Assembly (NCBI GenBank): GCA_963711875.1
Contig: CAVQFW010000006.1
Location: 227,040 to 291,039, forward strand
Length of the DNA stretch: 64,000 nucleotides
Origin: an uncultured Acidobacteriota bacterium
GTDB lineage: Bacteria; Acidobacteriota; Terriglobia; Acidiferrales; UBA7541
Direction of reading: 5' to 3'
Positions within the stretch are counted from its first letter, which is position 1. Every line of letters starts with the position of its first letter. The notes beneath the pieces are model-generated. The model made no database searches. It had not been told where the DNA came from and saw only the letters and a list, made by a program, of their open reading frames with translations. Positions 47,065-57,014 of this stretch are shown one piece after another. The translations under genes were made by a program, and so were the position numbers.

Positions 47065-47234
47065 ACCAGATTCTCCTGAGGGAATTGCGAGGCCAGGGTA
47101 AGTCCAAGCCCTGCGAGCCGGATTCGCGCACTCCCGATAACGGCTGAAGGACAACGGCCACGCTTTCAAATTCGGAAGGAGAAGGCGGGCCCGAAATCTT
47201 TTCTAATCTTTTCTGACCTTTTACGATTGAGGCG

Positions 47235-47263
47235 CCGGCCGCGAAGTTGAATTTCGCGGCCGG
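47235..47263 (-). terminator. GC-rich stem-loop downstream of the TonB-dependent receptor gene (no U-tract)
   Basis: CCGGCCGCGAA (47235-47245) pairs with TTCGCGGCCGG (47253-47263) around a 7-nt loop. Confidence 0.4.
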
Positions 47264-47277
47264 TCCGGGTTTCGATC

Positions 47278-50200
47278 TTAGAACGAGAACTTCGCCGCGA
47301 ACTGGAACTGCCGCGGGTTGAGCACGGTCCTCGGCGTGCCGAAGAGACCGTTGGGGACCGGTGGGCTCGGCGACGGTGAGAGGTCCGGGCATGTTGGAGG
47401 GCCTCCTCCAGCAAACGCGGCAGCCTGAGCTTGCGTCGCGAGCGTAGCAGCATCCTTGTAATTTTTCGGTGTGGCGGTGCCGCCGCAGATCACGGACGCC
47501 CCGTAGACGGAAGTGACCTCGTCCACGTTGGCGCGGTTCAACAGGTTGAAAGCGTCCACAATCAGGTCGAGCCTCAAGTGCTCTCGAAGCTGGAAATAGC
47601 GCGAGACACGAAGGTCCCACGAGTACAGATGGTCGCCGTAGTAGGTGTTGCGACCGAGGTCGGCAACGCGGTCGGTCACGGGGTTGGTATCACCATTGGC
47701 GTCGAATCCGACGAACATGGTGAACGGACGGCCGGTTTGAGCGGTGATGATACTGCTGAGAGCGAAATGACGGAGGAAGCTGTCGTCCGGGGCGGTTATG
47801 GTGAAGTTTGTGACGAACCGCTGACGGACATCCTGGTTGGAGTTGGCACGCTCGAGCGACCGTTTGTACAGATCCTGGGGCGTGCTGACGAACGTGGTGA
47901 AAGTACCGTCATCAATCGTATGCGAGAGAGTGTAGTTGGCGTTGAGGTTGAAGACCTTACCCCAGCGTTCTGTTGCCTGCAGGGTAAGGCCGTTGTAATT
48001 GGAATTGCCGCTGTTGTCAGTGTAATAGAGCAAGCCGGCGTTGTTATAGGCCGGACCTCCTCCCACCGGATTTCCCGGCGCAGCGGGATAGCCGAAGAAA
48101 TCTTTCCCCGCGGGGTAGTTTGCCGGAGGAGCGGGCGTGGGAGCGCAATTGAAAAGATTTCCAGGAGTCGCCTCGGGCACGGTGGTGCCGGCGGGAGCGC
48201 CGAAGAACGGGCAAACGTTAAGGTTTTCGGCGCGGACGAGGTGGTGAGCAGAGACCCACATGTAGCCGGCGCTCACCGTAAGACCGTGTCCGATCTCCCG
48301 GTCGATCTCGAGGTTGGCTTGCTCGGAGTACGGAATTTTGCTGCGTGGGTCAACCAATCCGTCGCCGGCCGTGCACGACGGAGGGCAAGGACCTTCGATG
48401 AATTGGTTGGGCACCTGGCCGGTATTAATTAACGTGGCTGCCGCGGCAGCGGGAAATCCGCCAGGGCCAGGCGTGAGCTGGTTGAGAACCCAGGTTGCAT
48501 TTTCGGAGCGCTTGCGAATTCCGTTAATGAGTTCGCCCGGAGGATCGCCGGGAAGGATGACCGGGCGCTGCGGCTGGGTGATGAACAAGAAAGAGAGATT
48601 GTAGCGATCGTCAAAGATTCCGAAGCCGGTGCGAACGACGGTCTTGCTGTCTGGCGACCACGCCAGCCCAATGCGCGGTTGAAAGCCGTTGTAGTGAGGA
48701 TTGATCTGTTTCCAGAGGCCCTGCTCAAAGTCCCAGCGCAATCCGTAGTTGAGCGTCAGGTTGTGACGCAGCCGCCACTGGTCTTGTGCGAAGAGGCCGT
48801 AATACTTATGTGCGAGCGTCTCAGAGAAATTCTTGGTTTGAGACGGCAGGTATGCGTTCGACCAGTCGGTCGGTATCGGAGGCGGAGTGGGGAGCTGGCC
48901 GTTGATGTCTGGCTGCGCCGTGCCTACAGGAGCGCCCCAGAAAACGATCGGAGTCCCTTGCAGGCCGTCGTTGGGATTGACGCCAGGAACGGTCGGAAAG
49001 AATGGAAAGTTAGCCAGGGGACAGGGGCCGTCGGCTGGAGCAGAGGCCACGGGTGCAAGAGGCGAACCGTTGCCGGCGTTCACGAAGTTGGCAAAGTCGA
49101 CGAGGCAGTTGATGCCGGGAAGGACGATGCGCATGGGAGTGAAGCCGGGCCAGATGACGAAGTTGTCCACGTAGTTAAAGTCCGCGCCGAATTTCGCGAC
49201 GTGATTTCCTTTGACCCACGAAATTGAATCAGAGACTTGAAGGCGGCTCTCATAAATCGCGTCGAGGACACCGAAGTTGTGTCCGAAAAGAAGTGTGTTG
49301 GGAATATCGAGGTTTGGCTGGCCGGTGACGCCCGGGAAATTGTAATGGCGTCGAGCATATTGAACGAGCACGCTGTTCACGAGATTGGGGCTGATTGTGG
49401 TGGCCACGGTCCCGACGAGATCCTGATCTCGAACGAAGACATTGTGACCGCTGCTGGGGGCGCCGATACCGCCGCCGTCCAGAGTGGAGCCAACAAGCTG
49501 ATTCAGATCGCGGCCATCTTCGATGTTATAGCGCAGGGACAAGTGATTGTCCGCGTTGAGCTGATGATCGATTTTGACGATGCCGTAATCGTTGTCCTTG
49601 GTTTTTAGGACGGAATTGAGAAATGTCTGGCCGGAGACTCCGAGAGCCTGGCAGGCCGCGAGCTGAAGCGTGCAACCTTCCGGAGGCAGGTTCAGCAACG
49701 CCTTGGCGCTGTTAATCAAGTCCACGTTGGTCGTCTGCGTTCCGTCGAGCAGCGTGACGGGCTGAAGATACGTGGTCGGATAGGTGGGAGATTCTCCGCG
49801 GCGCTGCCCTTCGTAGTTGGCGAAGATGAAGGTTTTGTCCTTCTTGATGGGGCCGCCGATGGTGCCTCCGAATTGATTTTGCCGCAGCGTATCGGCATCG
49901 GGCGCCGGTTGAAGGAGCGAGCGGGCATCGGTGGCGTTGTTCTGAAGGTAGTCGTAAACGGAACCGTGAAAGTCGTTGGTGCCGGATTTGGTGACGATGT
50001 TGACGATCCCGCCGAGAGCGCGGCCGTATTCCGCGCCGAAGCTGCTATTTACCACGCGGAATTCAGCGACGGCCTCCTGCGGAGGCGTAGAGCGCTGCGA
50101 ACCGGTGGCGGTGTTTATGTTGTCCGCGCCGTCCACGGTAACGAGGTTGCTCAAGTCGCGCATACCGCCGAAAGAAACGCGGGAGACTTCAAATTCCGTG

Positions 50201-50736
50201 ATGGTGGACTGCAAGCTGGTGCGGCCCGTGGCCACGCCGGCGGTGAGCAGCGCGAAGTCAGTGAAGAGGCGGCCGCTGATCGGGAGGGAATTGATCTCCT
50301 GCGAGCCAATCACCTGGCTAATTTCAGTCTTCGACGGCTCGATGACGGGGGCTTCGGTGGTGACGACAACTTCCTCGGCGGTGGTCGCGACCTTCAGGGT
50401 AACGTCAATCGTCGCGGACTGGCCGACGGAAAGTTCGATACCTTTACGCACGGTGGTAGCGAAGCCCTTGAACGCGGTAGTAAGTTCATAGCGGCCCGCG
50501 GGCAGGTTGGCCATGGCGTAGAATCCGGAATCATTCGACGTGGAGGTGTAGGTGCGATTTGTGTCCGTCTGACGCAGCGTGATTGCGGCGCCTTTCACGG
50601 CGCCACCGCTCTCGTCGAGCACCGTGCCGTTCAATTGCGCCACCGCAGAGCTGCCTTGCGGATAAGCAGGGCTCGCATAAGCGACGAACAAAGCCACTGC
50701 TAGAACAATCAGAAGACCAGAACGTACCTTCATCAC
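47278..50736 (-). CDS. TonB-dependent outer-membrane receptor with N-terminal carboxypeptidase-regulatory-like domain
   Basis: Signal peptide, then a CarboxypepD_reg-like segment (GAVKGAAITLRQTDTNRTYTSTSNDSGFYAMANLPAGRYEL), a plug, and a ~900-aa barrel ending in FAAKFSF (terminal Phe). Confidence 0.9.
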   Translation of the reverse strand: MMKVRSGLLIVLAVALFVAYASPAYPQGSSAVAQLNGTVLDESGGAVKGAAITLRQTDTNRTYTSTSNDSGFYAMANLPAGRYELTTAFKGFATTVRKGIELSVGQSATIDVTLKVATTAEEVVVTTEAPVIEPSKTEISQVIGSQEINSLPISGRLFTDFALLTAGVATGRTSLQSTITEFEVSRVSFGGMRDLSNLVTVDGADNINTATGSQRSTPPQEAVAEFRVVNSSFGAEYGRALGGIVNIVTKSGTNDFHGSVYDYLQNNATDARSLLQPAPDADTLRQNQFGGTIGGPIKKDKTFIFANYEGQRRGESPTYPTTYLQPVTLLDGTQTTNVDLINSAKALLNLPPEGCTLQLAACQALGVSGQTFLNSVLKTKDNDYGIVKIDHQLNADNHLSLRYNIEDGRDLNQLVGSTLDGGGIGAPSSGHNVFVRDQDLVGTVATTISPNLVNSVLVQYARRHYNFPGVTGQPNLDIPNTLLFGHNFGVLDAIYESRLQVSDSISWVKGNHVAKFGADFNYVDNFVIWPGFTPMRIVLPGINCLVDFANFVNAGNGSPLAPVASAPADGPCPLANFPFFPTVPGVNPNDGLQGTPIVFWGAPVGTAQPDINGQLPTPPPIPTDWSNAYLPSQTKNFSETLAHKYYGLFAQDQWRLRHNLTLNYGLRWDFEQGLWKQINPHYNGFQPRIGLAWSPDSKTVVRTGFGIFDDRYNLSFLFITQPQRPVILPGDPPGELINGIRKRSENATWVLNQLTPGPGGFPAAAAATLINTGQVPNQFIEGPCPPSCTAGDGLVDPRSKIPYSEQANLEIDREIGHGLTVSAGYMWVSAHHLVRAENLNVCPFFGAPAGTTVPEATPGNLFNCAPTPAPPANYPAGKDFFGYPAAPGNPVGGGPAYNNAGLLYYTDNSGNSNYNGLTLQATERWGKVFNLNANYTLSHTIDDGTFTTFVSTPQDLYKRSLERANSNQDVRQRFVTNFTITAPDDSFLRHFALSSIITAQTGRPFTMFVGFDANGDTNPVTDRVADLGRNTYYGDHLYSWDLRVSRYFQLREHLRLDLIVDAFNLLNRANVDEVTSVYGASVICGGTATPKNYKDAATLATQAQAAAFAGGGPPTCPDLSPSPSPPVPNGLFGTPRTVLNPRQFQFAAKFSF

Positions 50737-50816
50737 CCACCCCTTTCAGGCTGAATTCGCTACCCTCAGTCTCGAATCCCACTGCGTGAGCCCGAAAATA
50801 ACCCGATTGTGCAGAA

Positions 50817-50845
50817 GGTCTAACGCCTGCTGTGTTCTTTGTCAA
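50817..50845 (-). promoter_or_regulatory. Sigma-70-like promoter candidate for the TonB receptor gene
   Basis: On the minus strand: TTGACA (50840-50845), a 17-nt spacer, TAGACC (50817-50822). This lies ~80 nt upstream of the ATG. Confidence 0.3.
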
Positions 50846-50914
50846 GCCTTTAATCGTTCGGTTGTTCGCTTATCGCCCAAAATCAAAAATTCGGGTTCCG
50901 CACATTCAGCGTTT

Positions 50915-52471
50915 CTATTTACGCTCCGCATTTGGTTTCTCGGAAGGGGAAGCTGGCTGAGCCGCTACCACTACTTCCACCTCGGGAATCGAAGCGGACT
51001 TGTCTGGCGCATTTTGATGGAGAGTGACGAGAACAGGCAGTGGGCCGGGTCGGGGGCGGCTGTCACGCTCGAGAAAATAATTAATCCAGGAACTCGTACC
51101 CTTCAACGTACGGTTCGGCGGAGGAATGTAATCCCGCAATTCGTCGATTCGCCCTTCCGATTTTGCGCGATCGTAGACGGATATCCAGATGCACGGCTTG
51201 TTTACCACTTCGCATCGGCCGCTCGACGTACCGCCGCAGGGCCCGTTGCGCAAATTCTTCGGGCACGTCTGAGGACACACGTATTCCATCTGGCCGAGGA
51301 CGCAATTGCCGCATTCCTGGCATCCAAACAGCGGAGATTTGATCGCAAATTCGGCGCGCTCGAGCGTACGAGCGGCTGCGGGATGCATCGCTACCGAGCG
51401 AAAGAATGCCGTAAGCGCGCGCCGGAGCGGACCTTCGCGATTCACCGGAAAGAGCCGGCCCATGGCGTCGAGGAGCCGCGGGACGAGCGTACGTTTTGGG
51501 GGAGGCGACGGCGGTGTGGCGTACATATAGAAGCCGCCCTTGGGGGCGAAGGCAAGTTCGTCGGCGAATTCTTCCCATCGCGGCGAGAGCGCTTCGGCGC
51601 GCTTCAGGATCCATCGGACGTGGTCGGCTTGATGGTCGCCGCCGATATAGGCGCCCGCGTAACCGAGGCCGCGGAGAATTGCGGACATGCGCGCGGCGCG
51701 CTCGAGTCGCAGTGCCTGGCCTTTGTCGGCTGCGGTGCTCTCGGATTGGATTTTTTCGAGCAGCTCGGGGGCGACCCAGCACCCGGGGGGTTCACCTTTG
51801 TTCATGCGTTGGGCGGCCTTCGCGCCGAGGACGTAGACGTTGCCGAGCAGCGGAGTGCGCGAGCCGCGTTCGTCGAGGTAGCGCTTTAATTCGCGGAATT
51901 TTTTGACGTCGTAGCCGAGTTGGGTGACAGCGTAGTCCGCGCCGGCCGAGATTTTCTTTTCGAGCTTCAAATACTGATAGGCGCAATCGGCTTCGGTGTA
52001 CTTGAAGGGAGAAACGGCAACTCCGATCCAGAAAGGCATGCCGCTTTGGCGCATTTCGCTGATGAGGCGGACGAGTTGCACTGAATCGAGGTCGAAGACA
52101 GGGGGTGAGCTGGCGGCGTCCGAGGATTTCGGGTAGTCGCCGGTGATCGCGAAAACATTTTCGATGCCGAGGGCGTGGAGATCTTCCAGCGATTTCTGAA
52201 TACCAGCGCGATCGCGGCTCGCGCAGGTGACGTGGATATTCGGCGTGAGTCCTCGTGCGCGGGCGGCGGTGCCCACGCGAATCGGGTCGTGGCCGAGCGC
52301 TCCGCCTGCGTAGCTGGTGATACTTCCGGCGACGACGCCGGGAACGCGAGCGAGCTGCGAGGCGACGTCGAGGAGGAGCGCCTCACGTTTCAGGCGGCTC
52401 GCGACGAGTTCGACCACGTAGCAAAATTTTCCGCTGGTCAGTGCTTCGCGCAGCGGATTCGGCAACGCCAT
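50915..52471 (-). CDS. metF: Methylenetetrahydrofolate reductase fused to the Cys-rich MTHFR C-terminal domain
   Basis: N-terminal MTHFR TIM-barrel region (NIHVTCASRDRAGIQKSLEDLHALGIENVFAITGDYP). C-terminal CQECGNCVLGQMEYVCPQTCPKNLRNGPCGG. Confidence 0.8.
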   Translation of the reverse strand: MALPNPLREALTSGKFCYVVELVASRLKREALLLDVASQLARVPGVVAGSITSYAGGALGHDPIRVGTAARARGLTPNIHVTCASRDRAGIQKSLEDLHALGIENVFAITGDYPKSSDAASSPPVFDLDSVQLVRLISEMRQSGMPFWIGVAVSPFKYTEADCAYQYLKLEKKISAGADYAVTQLGYDVKKFRELKRYLDERGSRTPLLGNVYVLGAKAAQRMNKGEPPGCWVAPELLEKIQSESTAADKGQALRLERAARMSAILRGLGYAGAYIGGDHQADHVRWILKRAEALSPRWEEFADELAFAPKGGFYMYATPPSPPPKRTLVPRLLDAMGRLFPVNREGPLRRALTAFFRSVAMHPAAARTLERAEFAIKSPLFGCQECGNCVLGQMEYVCPQTCPKNLRNGPCGGTSSGRCEVVNKPCIWISVYDRAKSEGRIDELRDYIPPPNRTLKGTSSWINYFLERDSRPRPGPLPVLVTLHQNAPDKSASIPEVEVVVAAQPASPSEKPNAERK

Positions 52472-52472
52472 T

Positions 52473-53483
52473 TCATTTCCCCAGTTCTTTGCGGACGATT
52501 TTCGTGCCTTCCACCATCGCGCAAAGTTTTGCGAATGCGACGTCTCGCGGCAAATGGAAGCAGCCGCAATCCGGAAGAATGAACATTCGTTCGGGCGGGA
52601 CGACTTCGAGCGCCTTACGGATACGCTCGGCGACGATGTCGGGCGTCTCGACGGCTTGCGTCTTCACGTCGATCACGCCGACGCCCAGCTGAAATGGAGC
52701 GGGCAATTCTTTGAAGACGGCGAGGTCTTCGCCTCCGCGACGCGCGAATTCGAGGGTCAGCTGCTGGATTTTCGCGTCGAGGATTTTAGGAAACAGATAG
52801 CGATAGCTTCCTTCCCAGGAAGGCTTGCCGTAGCGATTGCCGTAACAGATGTGGACGGCGATCGTGGCGGCGACGCCTTCGACCATCGCGTTGAGGGCAT
52901 TCACGCCCCAGGAAATGTCGTCGGGAAAGCCGGAGAAGTACGGCTCGTCGATTTGAATTATTTTCGCGCCGGCTTTGACCAATTCCTTGAGCTCGAGATT
53001 CATCACGCGCGCGATGTCCATCGCCAGGGCTTCTTCGCTGGGATAGAAACTGTTACGAATGCGTTTGGTGAGCGAGTGTGGGCCGGTGACGCAGAATTTC
53101 GCTTCGCGGTCCGTGTACTTGCGGAGGAAGCGGAAGTCGTCGGCGAGGCCGAGAGGAGCGAGCGGGAGTTTTCCTGAGACGGAGCTGTCGTAGAAGTCGT
53201 AATAAAACTTTTTCGAGGAGCGATCGATGTCCACGCCGGGCAGGCGTTCGACGAAGTAATCGATCAGATTATCGCGACGCAGCTCGCCATCGGTGATGAT
53301 GTCGAGGCCGGCGACTTCCTGGTCCTTGATGGCGGCTTTCACCGCGGTGTCGTGAACTTCGTCGAGATCATGACGGCTGATGCGCCGGGCGAAGTATTCC
53401 GTCTTAAGGCGCTCGAGCCAGCCTGGCATCGAGTAACTGCCGACTACGGTGGTTGGAAGAATTGGAAGAGTCATCGAGCTCAC
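52473..53483 (-). CDS. Cobalamin-independent methionine synthase family protein (short MetE catalytic-domain type)
   Basis: LPTTVVGSYSMPGWL, ITDGELRRDN, and Zn-ligand contexts VHICYGN and ILPDCG. GTGA overlap with the upstream gene. Confidence 0.85.
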   Translation of the reverse strand: MSSMTLPILPTTVVGSYSMPGWLERLKTEYFARRISRHDLDEVHDTAVKAAIKDQEVAGLDIITDGELRRDNLIDYFVERLPGVDIDRSSKKFYYDFYDSSVSGKLPLAPLGLADDFRFLRKYTDREAKFCVTGPHSLTKRIRNSFYPSEEALAMDIARVMNLELKELVKAGAKIIQIDEPYFSGFPDDISWGVNALNAMVEGVAATIAVHICYGNRYGKPSWEGSYRYLFPKILDAKIQQLTLEFARRGGEDLAVFKELPAPFQLGVGVIDVKTQAVETPDIVAERIRKALEVVPPERMFILPDCGCFHLPRDVAFAKLCAMVEGTKIVRKELGK

Positions 53484-54944
53484 TCCCGTTGCGTCGTATA
53501 GAGAATCGAAGTGCGCGAGCCTTCGCGGTAGCGGAACGGCGCGAAGTGCACGTCGTAGCCGGCGCGTTCTCCCACTTCACGAAGGAGCACGCCGTTCACC
53601 CAGTTGACGATCGAGCCGTCCAGCTTGCCGGGCCCGTGAAATCCGAGGCGGTAGTCGTTGAGATTCGTGACGAAAATATCCTGCACCTGGAGGAAGCCGC
53701 GCGGATGAAGAAGCGGGAGCGTGTTGCGAAAGCTTTCGAGCGCGCCGGAGCTCATGTGGAAACGGAAGTCGCTGGGGGCTTCCTCGAGAATTTCTTCGAG
53801 TTGCGCGGGATTCAGCCCGGCTGGGAGGTCAACGTCCGGCAAATCCTCGATGCAGACGAGGCGATCTTCGAGGCGAATGGCTTTCCAGATGTCCTGCCAG
53901 AAGGTAACGCCGCGGCCGCGGTCACTGGCGAATTCAGGGCCCGTCTCGAGCAAACGGCGAATCGTGGAGCTGAGTTGCGAGGCCGGGACGTCGCACGCTT
54001 TCGAGATTCGTGCGGCTTCTTCGCTGGGGACGTACGCGCGCACTTGAACAAGATAGAGGCGGCCATCGCGGCGCGCGAACTCTTCGTCGGGCAAGTTGTC
54101 GTAGACATTCGTGAGGTGGATATGAAGAATCTTGTGGCGAAGGAACGCGAGAGTCTTCCCGGGATCGAGCGCATCGAGGACGATGAAGCTGCAGAGATCG
54201 AGGTGTTCCTTAAGCGCGGGGCGCGAGCGATCGAGCGTTGCAAGCGAATAGTCGCCCAGAAGAAATTTTACACGAGAGTAGTATTTCGTGCCGCGCTCGG
54301 CGTCGAGAGCGCGGAAGCGGTCGAGCCAAATTTTCGACCGGGTGCCCATACCGACGCCGATTTCGAGAGCGAAAATTTCAGGAGGGAGCTGGTTCTTGTT
54401 TTCGAGGTCGCGCAAGAGCGTCCAAAAATCGGCCACGCAATCGGCGATGGCCTCGGGATGGTTGGCATCGGATTTTCCGCCCGGAAGAGCCTGTTCGTAG
54501 CCCTTTGCCGGTGGCCTGCTCCCAATCGGAAAGGCGATGCCAATAGAGCTTATTGAATTGCCATGCGATGCTGGAGCGGAAGGAGGTGAAATCCTCGAGG
54601 TAAATTCGATCGGAGGCGGCTGTGGGTTCCGGGTGCAAGGGCGGATTCGCTCCGGCCAGGGCAAGAAGCATCTGATCACGCAAGGCGCCGGGCACGATCT
54701 GGCGCGTATCCACGTGAATTTCCATTACTGGAATCGTGTCGCCCCTCTCGTTCAAGCATTGAGTCACCGTCACAGCCTCGCGAAAATTCTGGCGGTACTG
54801 AATCCAGTCCAGATGGATACGGAGATTTGCGAACTGGCTTTCGTCGAGATGTCCATCGGCCAGCAGCGAATACACCGCGCCGACGACTTCATTCGCGCTC
54901 GTCGCGGCCTGCTTGGCCTGAAGATGATTCATTTGCAGGATCAT
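53480..54944 (-). CDS. Class I SAM-dependent methyltransferase-like protein, interrupted by an apparent +1 frameshift near 54498-54510
   Basis: ORF 54944-54378 starts 33 nt after the E1-beta stop, and its sensible sequence ends at ...LSDWEQATGKG. ORF 54679-53480 becomes sensible from ...KGYEQALPGG and carries a motif-I-like ALEIGVGMG. The 300-nt overlap is Arg/Pro/Ser-rich in the non-sensible frame on each side. Confidence 0.55.
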
Positions 54945-54976
54945 GGGAATCGAGTTTGAATCATCCCTCTCGCCAG

Positions 54977-55957
54977 TCAGACTGCGGCGGCTTGCTTCGC
55001 GAGCACAGATTTTGCGGCGCGCACGATTTTCTCTTCGTCAGGCAGCACAAAACTTTCGAGCGGCTCGCTGTACGGGATCGGTGTATCGAGCGCCGTCACG
55101 AGTTTGATGGGTGCTTTCAAGTGGTGAAAGCCGTGCTCGGCAACTTCCGCGGCGATGATCGCGGCGGCAGATGCGTGGCGCGGTGCTTGATCCACCAGAA
55201 CGAGGCGGCCAGTTTTTTTCACGGACTCGACGATTGTTTTGACGTCGAGCGGTGCAAGAGTTCTGGGATCGATCACTTCCGCACTGATGCCTTCCTTCGC
55301 GAGAATTTCGGCAGCCGCGAGGGATTTTTTCACCATCCAGGCGGTGGCCACGATCGTGACGTCCGCTCCGGCCCGCTTGATATCGGCCACGCCGAAGGGA
55401 ATCAGGTAATCGCCGTCCGGGACTTCGCCTTTCTCGAGCATGAGCATGTAATGGTGCAGGTACACTACCGGATTGTTATCGCGAATGGCGGACTTCATTA
55501 GACCCAAGGCATCTGCCGGCGTCGAGGGAATCGCTACCTTCAAACCAGGGCAGCCCATCATCGTGTTGTAAATGCAATTGGAGTGCTGCCCGGCCCAGCC
55601 CGCGGCAAATCCGAAGCCCGCTTTGAAGACAACCGGCACTTGCACCTGCCCGCCGGACATATACCGAAGCTTCGGCGCTTCGTTGATTACTTGATCGAAT
55701 GCCACGAGCATGAATTCGCTCATATACAGTTCGACGATGGGGCGCAGGCCCGCGATCGCTGCACCGATTGCGACGCCTAACTCCGCCGTTTCCGAGATAG
55801 GAGTGATTCGCACGCGGTTCTTGCCGAATTTCTTCAGCATCGGGTCGCGTTCTGTCATTGCCATGTTCTGGCCGTAGAAAACAACGTCGGAGTCGCGCTG
55901 CATTTCTTCGGTGATGGCCGTGGCCATCGCTTCGCCGAACATCATTTCGCGCGCCAT
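54977..55957 (-). CDS. 2-oxoacid (acetoin/pyruvate-type) dehydrogenase E1 component, beta subunit
   Basis: 326 aa transketolase-like pyrimidine-binding and C-terminal domains (ITPISETAELGVAIGAAIAGLRPIVE). Confidence 0.9.
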   Translation of the reverse strand: MAREMMFGEAMATAITEEMQRDSDVVFYGQNMAMTERDPMLKKFGKNRVRITPISETAELGVAIGAAIAGLRPIVELYMSEFMLVAFDQVINEAPKLRYMSGGQVQVPVVFKAGFGFAAGWAGQHSNCIYNTMMGCPGLKVAIPSTPADALGLMKSAIRDNNPVVYLHHYMLMLEKGEVPDGDYLIPFGVADIKRAGADVTIVATAWMVKKSLAAAEILAKEGISAEVIDPRTLAPLDVKTIVESVKKTGRLVLVDQAPRHASAAAIIAAEVAEHGFHHLKAPIKLVTALDTPIPYSEPLESFVLPDEEKIVRAAKSVLAKQAAAV

Positions 55958-55967
55958 CGGTGGCCTC

Positions 55968-57014
55968 CTATGCGTACACGTGATTCAGCGCTTCTTCGGG
56001 AGCAGGGAGCGGGCTTGCGAGCGCGAATTGGACGGCGTCTTCGAGTTCGATGCGCGCCGCCTCGTCGATTTGTGAGGCGGCTGATTCCGTGAGCACATTT
56101 TCTTTGATTAGCTTCGAGCGGAATCGGGGGATCGGGTCATTTGCACGCGCGGCTTCGAATTCGGCTCGCCGACCGTACACTTCGATCGCTTCGTGCTCGG
56201 GAAACTGTGTCGGGACTGGCGGGACGGTGATCGCGTTGCCGTGGGCGCTCAGGCGATAGAATTTCGATTCGATCAACGACGGGCCCTGGCCTGCCCGGGC
56301 GCGTTCGGCCGCTTTTGCAAAGGCATCGAATACCTGAAGCGGATCGGTGCCGTCGACGGTGACCCCGGGGATACTGAACGCCTGCGCTTTTTTCGAAAGC
56401 GGATCACCGGCGGCGTAATTTGCATCTTCGAGGCTGATGTGGGTGTAAGCCTGGTATTCGTTGTTTTCGAGGACGTAAATGATCGGGAGCTTCCAGATCG
56501 CCGCGAGATTCAGCGATTCGTAGAACGCGCCTTGCTTCGACGAGCCATCTCCAAAGAAGCAGTAAACAATCTGCCCCGGGTTTTTCACCTGCGCGGCGAA
56601 GGCGGCGCCGGTTGCCTGAGCAATGCTGGCGCCGATGATCCCGGAAGTGCCGGGAAAATGATTCGCGGGATCGGCGAGATGCATCGAACCGCCGAAACCT
56701 TTGCAGAGACCGTCGCGCCGGCCGTAAATTTCGGCCATCATTTTTCGCAGGGACGTGCCGAGCACGATGGGATAGCCGTGGCAACGATAGCTGGGCATCG
56801 CGAGGTCTTCCGCTTGCCTTGTGGCGAGCGCGCCGACGATGGAAGCTTCGGCGCCGTCGGCGAGATGCGTATGGCCGCGGATCACGCCGGGATGTTCGAC
56901 AAAAGTGCGTTTCACACGCTCTTCGAACTCCCGAATGCGGACCATCTGTTTATACATCCAGGTGAGCCGCTCGGGTCCCAGGTCTTTTGACGATTGCATC
57001 GCTCGCTCCTTCAC
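55968..57014 (-). CDS. 2-oxoacid dehydrogenase E1 component, alpha subunit (TPP-dependent)
   Basis: TPP motif GDGSSKQGAFYESLNLAAIWKLPIIYVLENN. GTGA overlap with the lipoyl-domain gene. Confidence 0.9.
   Translation of the reverse strand: MKERAMQSSKDLGPERLTWMYKQMVRIREFEERVKRTFVEHPGVIRGHTHLADGAEASIVGALATRQAEDLAMPSYRCHGYPIVLGTSLRKMMAEIYGRRDGLCKGFGGSMHLADPANHFPGTSGIIGASIAQATGAAFAAQVKNPGQIVYCFFGDGSSKQGAFYESLNLAAIWKLPIIYVLENNEYQAYTHISLEDANYAAGDPLSKKAQAFSIPGVTVDGTDPLQVFDAFAKAAERARAGQGPSLIESKFYRLSAHGNAITVPPVPTQFPEHEAIEVYGRRAEFEAARANDPIPRFRSKLIKENVLTESAASQIDEAARIELEDAVQFALASPLPAPEEALNHVYA

Noticed and set aside
50737-50914. Cobalamin or other riboswitch in the leader of the TonB-dependent receptor gene
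   Set aside because: No B12-box (GCCACTG-like) in the transcribed orientation, and no recognisable conserved riboswitch core. Only a sigma-70-like promoter candidate is seen.
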